64,000 nucleotides of DNA from a virus (taxonomy: Duplodnaviria; Caudoviricetes). Within the stretch, counting starts at the first letter, position 1. Every line of letters starts with the position of its first letter. Position numbers and translations under genes: made by a program. The stretch covers positions 3,839 to 67,838 of IMG/VR virus record IMGVR_UViG_2767802057_000001, one strand, 5' to 3'. Below the pieces are notes generated by a model. It did no database searches. It worked only from the letters and a program-made list of their open reading frames with translations, and was not told the DNA's origin. Positions 27,889 through 35,885 of the stretch are shown here, piece by piece.

Positions 27889-29414
27889 CAGCCCTCCTCC
27901 TGCGTGTCGGCGAGGACTTCGAGGTCGTCGATCGCTCCGGCCATCAGTGCGCTGGCCTGGTCGTTGGTGATGACGCCAAGCGCCGCCGCGGAGCCGAGCT
28001 TCTGCGCGGAGTCGGCGAGGGCAGCGAGGATGTCGACACGGCGCTGCAACTCGGCGTCGTCGACCCCGGCGAGCCAGGTATCGACCTGCTCGGCCCGATA
28101 GCCGGCCTCTACCAGGGCCTGCCGGCGGGGCACACCCGCGCGGATCTTTGCCTCGACGGTCTGCCAGCCCTCGGCATCGTCGATGGTCTCGGCCGGTTTC
28201 CAGTGCACGGTGACGACCGGGTCTTCGGCACCGAGGCGGCGCAGAGCGAAGGTGAACGCCTCACGCAGGGTGGCGCCGTAGGACAGCTGCCGGTTGCCTA
28301 CCTTCTTGGTGAACGGGGCGTCCTGCGCGCGCACGGACTGTCCGGACGGCTGTTCCCCGGACGGGTCGAACAGGTGCAGCGGTGTGGTGGTGATCTGTGC
28401 CATGGCCCGCACGTTGAACATGATCGGGTCGAGGAACACCTGCGGGTTCGCCGCATCGAACTGGCCGACGGCTTTGAAGCCGCGCAACAGCATCAGTTCA
28501 CCGGGCCCGGCCTTGAGAGAGCTGTCGTCGCCGGAGTCTGACGGCCCGAGGCCCTTCTCGGGCAGCGGCCAGTCGTCGTCGGCGAAGTCCCCCGGCTCCA
28601 GTTCCGAGGTGTCGGTGTTGGCGGCCTCGGTGAGCGCGTACCGCTGCGGGAACCCCTGGTAGTCGACCGTGCCCATGTGGGTGGCCTGCAACTTGGTGAT
28701 CGCGTTCTGCGGGCCGTAGGCGCCGTAGTGCTCGGGCACGCCGTAGGGCCGGTCGGTGCGGAAATGGTAGACGGGCTGCTCACCCCAGTCGTGCTCGATC
28801 ACCCACGACTCTGGGTCCTCCTCGTCAGCAGGCCAGTGCAGCCAGTCGGCGGGTTTGCTGCCGTCGGAGTTCTTGGCTGTCGTCCACCGTTCGGTGCGGT
28901 CGTCGTAGAGCAGCTCAGCGCGCTGGTAGGGGCCGTCGCACCACCGTTTGATCGTGAACCGTTTGCGGCGCGGGTTTTCCTCGTCGTAGATCACCCGGAC
29001 GGTCTGGGGGGAGTTGTAGAACATCTCGACCCGGATCACGTTGCCGCGTTCGTCCTCGACAGGGAGGACCATCAGGTAGGCGTCGCCGTACTCGCCGGCC
29101 CGGCGGAACAGGTCGGGCATCTCCAGGTCGAGCTGGTTGTCTTGCCAGATCTTCGAGATCAGGTTGGTGGTGGCGTCGTCCTGTCCGGTGATCCCTGCGA
29201 TCTCCAGGCGGTCAGTGACGGCGTCGACGGCGGTTTTGGCGAAGTTGAGGTCGAAGTCGATGTCGTGGGCCATGAGGGCGCGGCGCAGGCGGACGCTGGT
29301 GAAGACTTCGGGGACCTTGCCGTCGTAGTACATGGCGGCATGGTCATAGTCGGGGCGGGCGTCCTTCAGCTCTTCGATGCCGTACATGAGGTCGTCGAGC
29401 GACTCGTCATCCAA
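27888..29414 (-). CDS. Portal protein (SPP1 gp6-like)
   Basis: YYDGK, LNFAKTAVD, IWQDNQLD, YGDAYLMV; TTG start after AAGGAGG. Confidence 0.9.
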   Translation of the reverse strand: MDDESLDDLMYGIEELKDARPDYDHAAMYYDGKVPEVFTSVRLRRALMAHDIDFDLNFAKTAVDAVTDRLEIAGITGQDDATTNLISKIWQDNQLDLEMPDLFRRAGEYGDAYLMVLPVEDERGNVIRVEMFYNSPQTVRVIYDEENPRRKRFTIKRWCDGPYQRAELLYDDRTERWTTAKNSDGSKPADWLHWPADEEDPESWVIEHDWGEQPVYHFRTDRPYGVPEHYGAYGPQNAITKLQATHMGTVDYQGFPQRYALTEAANTDTSELEPGDFADDDWPLPEKGLGPSDSGDDSSLKAGPGELMLLRGFKAVGQFDAANPQVFLDPIMFNVRAMAQITTTPLHLFDPSGEQPSGQSVRAQDAPFTKKVGNRQLSYGATLREAFTFALRRLGAEDPVVTVHWKPAETIDDAEGWQTVEAKIRAGVPRRQALVEAGYRAEQVDTWLAGVDDAELQRRVDILAALADSAQKLGSAAALGVITNDQASALMAGAIDDLEVLADTQEEG

Positions 29415-29446
29415 TGCGACCTCCTTCGCCACGGCAAGCATACGCT

Positions 29447-29486
29447 GTCACCTTCGAATCAAAGGTAACTTGCTGTCGCAGCCTTA
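29447..29486 (-). promoter_or_regulatory. Late-motif copy upstream of portal
   Basis: GTCACCTTCGAATCAAAGGTAAC near-palindrome; minus strand TAAGGC-17bp-TTTGAT-TCGAAGG. Confidence 0.55.
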
Positions 29487-31006
29487 GAAACTTGCCTCGG
29501 CTTGCTCGGGATGAACCGGCGCACCGCGCTCCCCACCGCGTCCACAAGGTCATCGTGTGGGGCCTTCGGGAAGGCGCACATCTGCTCCTCCAACTCCCGC
29601 AACCGGCGCGCGTGCAGCACCCGGCCGCGCTGGTAGTGGCCAAGCACGCCCTCGGCCCGCACGACCTTCGGCTCCGACTGCGAGACGGTCTTCACCCGCA
29701 CTGGCATGTGGTGGAACACGGCCTGCCAGACGTCCTGCCCCTGGTTGACCTCCAGGAGGATCAGCCCGATCCGCGGCCACTCGTCCAGCAGCGCCAGCAC
29801 CCGCTCCCGCAGCTGCTCGCCGGGCGGGATCTTCACTGCGAGCGCCTCGTGCACGGTGCAGCGGCGGGCCTGCGCCGACCAGGAGACCACCGCCAGCCCC
29901 GTGAAGTCGCTGCCCTTCTTCGCGGTCACCGCCGGGTCGATCGACAGCATCATGTGCGTGATCGGGTCCGCACCCTCCGGGCCCGGGTAGCGGAAGTCGT
30001 CCGGCGTCCACAGCGCACCGTCCGCGCCCATGGGGTCGTTGGCGTAGTTCTTCGCGAACGAGCGGGTGTGTTCGATGCTCTTGAGGTAGGTGAGCGGCCA
30101 CTTCGCCGGCCACACGCTGCGCTCGTAGCCGCCCACGGTCTTGATGATCGGCGGCGTGTAGTGGGCGGCGAACCCTTCCTCGGCGATCCAGGGGGCGGTC
30201 TCGACGGCGCGGGCGTGCTTGACGAGCTGGTGGACGATGCTGCCCGGCATGGTCACCGTCCCGGAGATCACCACGCGGGCGTACACGTTCAGCGGGAGGA
30301 TCGCGTCGACGAGGGTGGTGCGCCGTTTCCGGGCCAGGTCAAGGGAGTAGGAAGACTCGTCTGGTTCGATGTCGTCACACAGGATGAGGTCGGGCCGGCG
30401 CTCGCCGACCTTCATGCCGAGGTTCGAGGAGTCGATGCCGCGCGCGGCAAACACGAACCCGTTGTCCGCGATGAACATGCTCTGGGTGTCGGCGACGTTC
30501 GACCCGGACGGCCGCTTCGCCGGGGAGCAGAGATCCTTGAAGTCGCGCCGCAACAGCTCGTTGCCGTCGATCTCCTTCTTGAACGACGAGAGATGCGTCT
30601 CTGCCTGGGTGGCCGACGCGGCGAACGCTGCGGCGAACCGGACGTGACCGTGCGCGGCAGCCCACATCGGCAGGATCAGAAACCACCACGTGGACTTGCC
30701 CATATTGCGTGGGGCGATGTATGCGTCCCGGTTCTCGCCCGGCGCGGTTGGCGGGCGTACCCAGCGCCGGGCGGCGCGGCACCAGTCCAGGTGCGCGTCG
30801 CCGAACGTGATCAGGCCCTCGGCGTCCCGGAGATGGTGCCGCAGGTAGACCAGGGCGAACAGCATCGGGTCCAGGCGGGTGAGGGTGCGTCGGCCTTCCG
30901 GGTCGGCGAGGAGCCGGGCGTCGAACTGGGCGAGGTAGGCGTTGAGGTCGAACGACTCGGCGTCCAGGCCCTCGAGGTAGCCGGGCGCGCGGACCGCGGT
31001 CCCCAC
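29459..31006 (-). CDS. terL: Terminase large subunit
   Basis: APRNMGKST Walker A, LILCDDIE Walker B, SIDPA...SDFTG and HDDLVDA nuclease motifs. Confidence 0.93.
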   Translation of the reverse strand: MGTAVRAPGYLEGLDAESFDLNAYLAQFDARLLADPEGRRTLTRLDPMLFALVYLRHHLRDAEGLITFGDAHLDWCRAARRWVRPPTAPGENRDAYIAPRNMGKSTWWFLILPMWAAAHGHVRFAAAFAASATQAETHLSSFKKEIDGNELLRRDFKDLCSPAKRPSGSNVADTQSMFIADNGFVFAARGIDSSNLGMKVGERRPDLILCDDIEPDESSYSLDLARKRRTTLVDAILPLNVYARVVISGTVTMPGSIVHQLVKHARAVETAPWIAEEGFAAHYTPPIIKTVGGYERSVWPAKWPLTYLKSIEHTRSFAKNYANDPMGADGALWTPDDFRYPGPEGADPITHMMLSIDPAVTAKKGSDFTGLAVVSWSAQARRCTVHEALAVKIPPGEQLRERVLALLDEWPRIGLILLEVNQGQDVWQAVFHHMPVRVKTVSQSEPKVVRAEGVLGHYQRGRVLHARRLRELEEQMCAFPKAPHDDLVDAVGSAVRRFIPSKPRQVSKAATASYL

Positions 31007-31007
31007 G

Positions 31008-31640
31008 TCAGGCCTCGCCGTCGCCGCCGTTGACGATCTGCTGCTCCTCCAGCTGCATGGCCGCCCGGGCGTTGCGGAGTATCTCCTGCAGCTCCAGATC
31101 CTGCTGTGTGGTCTCGGTGACGGTGGCGTCGACCTTGACGGGCATGTTGAGGCCGAGGAGGAGGCGGATGGATTCGCTGGTGCGGCGCCGCGATTCCTCG
31201 ATGCGGTTGAGCCGGTCGATGGCGTGGAGGATGAAAGTGTCGTCCTCGACTGGTTCTTCCTCGCCGCTGTCGGGGTTGATCGCTCGAATGACGCGGCCGT
31301 TGCTGACCGTGATGTGCTTCCTGCCCATCACCGCTCGGACGGACTGCTCCATGTTGTGGAGCCGCTCGAGTTGGGCTTCGAGGCGGGCGAGTTCGAGGGC
31401 CCGATATTCGTCGATCTTGGGGTCGACGCGGCGTTCGATCTCCTGCCGGACGAGGTCGCGGGCGGTGGTCGCTGCGATGCGCTGGCCGCCGGTGGGGCCG
31501 TCTGGGTCTGAGGTGAGGGCGTCGATGGCATAGAACGACAGGCCTTGGATGCGGAGGTCGAAGACGATCTCGGCGAGTTGGGCGCGTTCGGCTTTGTTGC
31601 GCCGCTGGTAGGGGATGGGCCCTCCGGTGCCTCCCACCAT
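31008..31640 (-). CDS. terS: Terminase small subunit
   Basis: N-terminal HTH-like and helical region directly upstream of terL. Confidence 0.7.
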   Translation of the reverse strand: MVGGTGGPIPYQRRNKAERAQLAEIVFDLRIQGLSFYAIDALTSDPDGPTGGQRIAATTARDLVRQEIERRVDPKIDEYRALELARLEAQLERLHNMEQSVRAVMGRKHITVSNGRVIRAINPDSGEEEPVEDDTFILHAIDRLNRIEESRRRTSESIRLLLGLNMPVKVDATVTETTQQDLELQEILRNARAAMQLEEQQIVNGGDGEA

Positions 31641-31677
31641 CCTCACCTCCGTTGAATCTTCAGCATTCCATATGCTT

Positions 31678-31715
31678 CACCTTCGAATCGTAGGACATCC
31701 TGCCACTGTCCCCTA
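31678..31715 (-). promoter_or_regulatory. Putative late promoter of packaging/structural operon
   Basis: Minus strand TAGGGG-17bp-TACGAT-TCGAAGGTG; 14-bp identity with 5440-5453. Confidence 0.65.
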
Positions 31716-31748
31716 CTACACCAGGCGGCACAGGGGCACCATGGAGGC

Positions 31749-31943
31749 ATGGCAGCAAAGAAGAAGACGCCGAAGCTCGGCACCGGCAAGAGGTTCGCCG
31801 CCGTCGCCGCATCCGCGGCCAAGTCCGGCGCGAAGAACCCGAAGGCCGTCGCCGCCGCAGTCGGCCGGAAGAAGTTCGGCAACGCCAAGATGGCCAAGAT
31901 GGCGACGGCCGGCCGTAGGCGCACGGCCCGCAAGGGGCGTTGA
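31749..31943 (+). CDS. Small Lys/Arg/Ala-rich protein
   Basis: GGAGG RBS; no acidic residues in 64 aa. Confidence 0.75.
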   Translation: MAAKKKTPKLGTGKRFAAVAASAAKSGAKNPKAVAAAVGRKKFGNAKMAKMATAGRRRTARKGR

Positions 31944-31944
31944 C

Positions 31945-32142
31945 ATGGTCTCGGATCGCGGCGGTCGGTTCGGCTTCGTCTACAAGTCGCGGCAGCGCGT
32001 GTACCGCGCGCTGCGCCGCAAGGGCCTGTCGAAGACCAGGGCCGCGGAGATCTCCAACGCCGGGCGGACGTTCCCCCAGCGGTCGGTGATGGCCAGGAAA
32101 GCGGCAAGGACTCGGCAGGCTCGAGGGCGTAAGCGCCGCTGA
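31945..32142 (+). CDS. Small very basic protein (DUF7218-like pattern)
   Basis: VYRALRRKGLSKTRAAEISNA; starts 1 bp after previous stop. Confidence 0.65.
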   Translation: MVSDRGGRFGFVYKSRQRVYRALRRKGLSKTRAAEISNAGRTFPQRSVMARKAARTRQARGRKRR

Positions 32143-32162
32143 GGCGGCGGGGCGAACGGGCT

Positions 32163-32195
32163 GAGGCCCCGGAGCTGTGAAGCATCCGGGGCCTC
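32163..32195. terminator. Hairpin between convergent genes
   Basis: GAGGCCCCGGA / TCCGGGGCCTC 11-bp stem. Confidence 0.65.
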
Positions 32196-32277
32196 GCTCG
32201 TGCCCGAAGCGAAGAGGGCGCCCTCCCGACTTTCCACGGCCAACAGGCGCCCACCTCACAGAAGGTGCTGCACCAGT

Positions 32278-32922
32278 CTACGGGCAGGTCTCGTCAACCT
32301 TGACTGCGTTCAGGCTGACGGGCTGCCCGTTCAGCTTGGTTCCGGCAGCTGGCGTCTGCGAACACACCTTCCAGTTGGATTCGATCAGCACCATGCGGTC
32401 GTTGCCAGCGGCGTCGTTGACAGTGATCGACGTGCTGGAGTCGAGGGCCTGCCGTGCGGCTTTGACGCCCTTCCCGACGAAGTTGGGCATCGTCCCGCCT
32501 GCCGCGGACGGGGCTTCCTGGTCCTTCGCGGGACAGACCTCGGCGAGCTTGACCGTGCCGAAGTCCAGCTTCGTGTCGGTGGGTTTGCTGCCGCCTGCCT
32601 TGACGTTTTGGGAGCAGACCTTCCAGTCGCGGTCGAGGATCTGCATGCGGGCGCGGCCGGAGGAGTCGTGCGAGGTGAGGTTGTAGAAGCCGGCTGCTTG
32701 TGCTGCGTCTTGGGCTGACTGCAGTCCCATGCCGACGAAGTTGGGGACGGTCTTGGTTTCCGTCTTGGCGTCATCCTTGCTGCTGGTGCTGCTGGTGCTG
32801 ATGGCCGTTGGCTTGGTGCCCGAGTTGGCCGGCTCGTCGTCTCCGCCGTTGATGGCGCTGCCGATGGCGCCGATGACGATGACGCCGCCCACGATGCCGC
32901 CGATGACTTTCCAGTTGGCCAT
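32278..32922 (-). CDS. Membrane-anchored protein with two PASTA domains
   Basis: TM helix, Ser/Thr linker, two VPNFVG...WKVCSQ repeats. Confidence 0.85.
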   Translation of the reverse strand: MANWKVIGGIVGGVIVIGAIGSAINGGDDEPANSGTKPTAISTSSTSSKDDAKTETKTVPNFVGMGLQSAQDAAQAAGFYNLTSHDSSGRARMQILDRDWKVCSQNVKAGGSKPTDTKLDFGTVKLAEVCPAKDQEAPSAAGGTMPNFVGKGVKAARQALDSSTSITVNDAAGNDRMVLIESNWKVCSQTPAAGTKLNGQPVSLNAVKVDETCP

Positions 32923-33030
32923 GATGCCCCCCTTGCGTGTGGTGATGAGCCGCGAGCGTAAGGGGGTGTCGCCTTATGTGGGGGTTGTGTGACGCTGCTG
33001 TGACCAATTTGGGTGATCTGAGACGCGCGT

Positions 33031-33060
33031 GAAGGCCCGCCCCGTACAGGGCGGGCTTTC
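33031..33060. terminator. Hairpin terminator
   Basis: GAAGGCCCGCCC / GGGCGGGCTTTC. Confidence 0.6.
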
Positions 33061-33067
33061 AGCACGG

Positions 33068-33208
33068 TCAGAGGTAGTAGTGGTCGCTGGGGTCGTCGGG
33101 TTCGTCGCCGTAGTCGCGGTCGATGTCCCAGTAGCGGTCGTCGTGCTGGCGGGCTTCGGCGGGGGTTTCCTCCCATACAGGGAGCGGCTGGCCGGGGGTG
33201 GAAGGCAT
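33068..33208 (-). CDS. Small acidic protein
   Basis: GGAGAAC RBS; [14 protein letters not shown]...DDPSDHYYL (not in ORF track). Confidence 0.5.
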   Translation of the reverse strand: MPSTPGQPLPVWEETPAEARQHDDRYWDIDRDYGDEPDDPSDHYYL

Positions 33209-33224
33209 GGAGTTCTCCGGTCTG

Positions 33225-33566
33225 TCAGGCGGCGAGGGCGAGGCGGGCGGCGGCGAGCTTGTAGGCCGGCTTGCGGGGGCGGTAGGCGACGGCGATGCGG
33301 GCGACCTGGGTGGGGGTGTATCGGCGGCAGTCGTTCCGCATGTGGCGGCCGGCGTGGATGCGGGCCGGGGCGCCGGTGATGCCGAGTTCCTTGGCCTTCT
33401 TGCGGAGGGTGCCGGCGACGGAGCGGGCTTCGCGCGGGGCGAGGCCGGCGGCGAGGCAGTGGCTGGCGAGGGTGCCGGTGCCGCGGCGGGCGATGCGGGC
33501 GGCGGCGTGGGTCTGGCGGGTGCGGGCCTTGAGCTGGGCGCGGCGGGTGCGGTTGGACTGGATCAC
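33225..33566 (-). CDS. Basic hypothetical protein
   Basis: GAAGGGGG RBS, own promoter; Arg/Ala-rich. Confidence 0.7.
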   Translation of the reverse strand: MIQSNRTRRAQLKARTRQTHAAARIARRGTGTLASHCLAAGLAPREARSVAGTLRKKAKELGITGAPARIHAGRHMRNDCRRYTPTQVARIAVAYRPRKPAYKLAAARLALAA

Positions 33567-33585
33567 GGTTCCCCCTTCGGTCGTT

Positions 33586-33626
33586 CCGTGTGGCTACACA
33601 GTATCCATAACCGTGTGGCTACACAA
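33586..33626 (-). promoter_or_regulatory. Promoter overlapped by two identical operators
   Basis: CCGTGTGGCTACACA at 33586 and 33611 (near-palindromic); minus strand TTGTGT-17bp-TACTGT. Confidence 0.75.
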
Positions 33627-33663
33627 GCTATTCGCCAGAGAAACCCTGTGGGAACATGGCCGC

Positions 33664-33912
33664 ATGACCGACGCCACCGACCACACCTTCGTCACCCGCT
33701 TCCGCATCCCCCGCCGCATGTGGGACGCCTACGGAACCGCCGCCGACCGGCAAGGCGTTGACCGCAGCGCCGACCTCGTCGCCCACGTCCGCGACTTCAT
33801 CCGCACACACGGCAACGAGCAAGAGCTCGCCGAACTTGAGGCCGCCGAGCAGGAACTGGCCGAACGCCGCGCACGCAAGGGCGGCCGACCAAGGAAGACA
33901 CCCACCGCATAA
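33664..33912 (+). CDS. Ribbon-helix-helix regulator with AT-hook-like tail
   Basis: VTRFRIPRRMWDAY beta-helix start, RSADLVAHVRDFI, KGGRPRK; divergent from 33566. Confidence 0.7.
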   Translation: MTDATDHTFVTRFRIPRRMWDAYGTAADRQGVDRSADLVAHVRDFIRTHGNEQELAELEAAEQELAERRARKGGRPRKTPTA

Positions 33913-33970
33913 GCAGTGCGATTCGCCCGTTCCTGCCCCGCTCCCCTGCCGGGCGCGGCAGACTGCGGGT

Positions 33971-34168
33971 ATGGCGATCCGTATCGGCGTGCAGGCAGAC
34001 AGCCGCGAGGAGTGCGTCGAAGCGCTGGCGCGCCTGGTCGAGGCTGGCTACATGCCGGTGATGCTGCCGACGCAGGTCACGGATGACCGGTGGCTCGCCC
34101 GCGCCGTACCCGCACCAACGACGAAGGCCCCGGCCGGGGACGGCCGGGGCTCTGTCGTGTCTGGCTAG
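33971..34168 (+). CDS. Hypothetical protein
   Basis: MAIRIGVQADSREEC; compact ORF. Confidence 0.55.
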   Translation: MAIRIGVQADSREECVEALARLVEAGYMPVMLPTQVTDDRWLARAVPAPTTKAPAGDGRGSVVSG

Positions 34169-34169
34169 C

Positions 34170-34382
34170 TCACCTGGCGGTGTACTGGCGTTCGGCGTCG
34201 GCTATGGCCTGCTCGCGGGTGGTGTGGAGCTGGGACTTGATGAGGGGCCGTCCGGTGGTGGTGTCGCGGATGACGGCCAGCCAGGTCTTGCCGGGGGCCT
34301 GGTATTCGGTCGGGTTGTTGGGGAGCTGGCCGTAGGTTTGGTGGACGTCCCAGGTGTGACCGTTGTCGAGGCTGGTGGGCAT
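34170..34382 (-). CDS. Hypothetical protein
   Basis: GAAAGGA RBS; last gene of transfer operon. Confidence 0.6.
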   Translation of the reverse strand: MPTSLDNGHTWDVHQTYGQLPNNPTEYQAPGKTWLAVIRDTTTGRPLIKSQLHTTREQAIADAERQYTAR

Positions 34383-34400
34383 GGCGTTCCTTTCGGTGGG

Positions 34401-34907
34401 TTAGATGAGTCGTGCGTGGGCGAGTTCGGCGGCGCGGCCGAGGTAGAGCAGCGGTAGCCGCGGGCCGCGCTGGCTGTCGTTCCAGCTGGGGATCGTCTCG
34501 GCGTCGGCGAAGTCCCGGCGGATCGCTTCGAGGAGCACAGCGCAGGCGTCGTCGGCCTGGTCACGGCTGGCAGCCACGGCTCGGATCGCTCCGATGAGGC
34601 AGACGGCCCCGGCTTCGTCCCGCAGCTGCCCGGTGCACCAGCCGCCCTCGAGCCGGGCCTGCGCCTGGTACAGGACTGCGGCGAGCGGAGTCGTGTACGG
34701 GCAGGGCGCGGCCGCCGGGATGATGAGCGGCGGGGCGACGACCTCAGGCAGTGGCTCGGCGGCCGGCAGGTGGGCGGTGTTCACGTCGATGGCGAGGTGG
34801 GCGAGGTAGATCCGCTCGTCCATGACCGCGCCCACCATGGCGAGCCGCGCGTCCAGGTCGAGTTCGACCGGGGTGGCGGTCGTCGTCTTGGTGGGCGCCG
34901 TGGTCAT
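34401..34907 (-). CDS. DUF6197-like protein
   Basis: GWCTGQL...VCLIGAI...IPSWND motif. Confidence 0.65.
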   Translation of the reverse strand: MTTAPTKTTTATPVELDLDARLAMVGAVMDERIYLAHLAIDVNTAHLPAAEPLPEVVAPPLIIPAAAPCPYTTPLAAVLYQAQARLEGGWCTGQLRDEAGAVCLIGAIRAVAASRDQADDACAVLLEAIRRDFADAETIPSWNDSQRGPRLPLLYLGRAAELAHARLI

Positions 34908-35677
34908 GCGGCCTGCTTCTGGGCTTTGCCGCTGCCGGTGCACTCACCGCAGACGACGATGAGCTGCTGCCCGCCGAACGCGCTGTAGATCTTGCCGTTG
35001 CCGGCGCACTGCCAGCACAGGCCCTTGGCTATGGCCTTGCCGACAGGCATGGCCTTGTTCTGCTTGATCCACTGCTCGTCGGTCATGCCGGAGTCGGTGA
35101 CGGTCTTGGATACGGCGGGCGCCTGCTGCGGGGCCGGCTGCGCGACTGCTTCGTTGGCCTGCGCGTACCAGGCGCCGCCAACGGTCTTGCCGCCGTGCTT
35201 CTGCCGCTCGTGGGTGCGGAGCGCCTTGGTGGCCTCGCGTGCGTCGCGGTAGCGGGGCTTCTCCTTCTTGCCGCAGGGGCAGGCCCAGCCGATCAGCCCG
35301 GTGTTCTTGTCGGGCCCGAACCGGCTGGCCTTGTAGACGGCCCAGCGGCTGGCCGTCTGCTTGGTGGGCTTGGCGGGGCAGGGCTTACTGCCGGTGAACT
35401 CGCCGTTCTTGCCCTTGGTGAAGATCTGTCCGTTGCCGTGGCAGGTGGGGCAGCCTTCGTGGGTGGCGCGGAGGATGGCGGCGTCCTTGCGGGAGCGGAC
35501 GGTGTCGCTGTGGGTGTCGAGGTGGGCGGCGACGTGCAGCATGAGTTTTGCGGCGAGCCGGGCGTGCGGCGGGCCGCCCTTGGGGATCTTGACGCGCTTG
35601 GCGGGGTGCTTGCGGGTGCTGGGCTTCCGGCGGGCTTGGGTGGTGGTGCGGCGGGCGGGCTGGCGCTTCGCGGGCAT
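34904..35677 (-). CDS. Basic protein with DnaJ-type CxxCxGxG motifs
   Basis: CPTCHGNG, CWQCAGNG, CGECTGSG; GAGGAG RBS before ATG 35677. Confidence 0.75.
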   Translation of the reverse strand: MPAKRQPARRTTTQARRKPSTRKHPAKRVKIPKGGPPHARLAAKLMLHVAAHLDTHSDTVRSRKDAAILRATHEGCPTCHGNGQIFTKGKNGEFTGSKPCPAKPTKQTASRWAVYKASRFGPDKNTGLIGWACPCGKKEKPRYRDAREATKALRTHERQKHGGKTVGGAWYAQANEAVAQPAPQQAPAVSKTVTDSGMTDEQWIKQNKAMPVGKAIAKGLCWQCAGNGKIYSAFGGQQLIVVCGECTGSGKAQKQAA

Positions 35678-35722
35678 GATCGAGGCTCCTCGGCCGTGCG
35701 TTCGGTTTGTGATGGTTTGCGT

Positions 35723-35878
35723 GCTGCTCGGCTGGTGCTCGCTGGTGCTCCGCTGCAGGTCAGAGCCGCTCAAGGTGGCGCTCGGCGACTGCTCGGGGTT
35801 TCGGCGAGCAGTTGTGCGAGCAGTGGGTTGAGCAGCTCTGACCTGCGGTCGAGCAGTGTCGAGCACCTCGCGAGCAGT
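35723..35878. repeat. clt-like array of 8-bp repeats (candidate TraB recognition sequences)
   Basis: CGAGCAGT at 35805, 35817, 35850, 35871, reverse copy at 35788; variants at 35829, 35860 and (reverse) 35723, 35734, 35744, 35765, 35777; begins 7 bp past traB stop. Confidence 0.8.
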
Positions 35879-35885
35879 GGACTTT

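Noticed and set aside
35678-35866. N-terminal extension of ORF 34904..35866 in the ORF track
   Set aside because: It runs through the repeat array; a good RBS and ATG exist at 35677
35723-35878. CRISPR-like or simple tandem repeat
   Set aside because: Units are 8 bp with irregular 2-16 bp gaps and mirror symmetry; no cas genes or unique spacers
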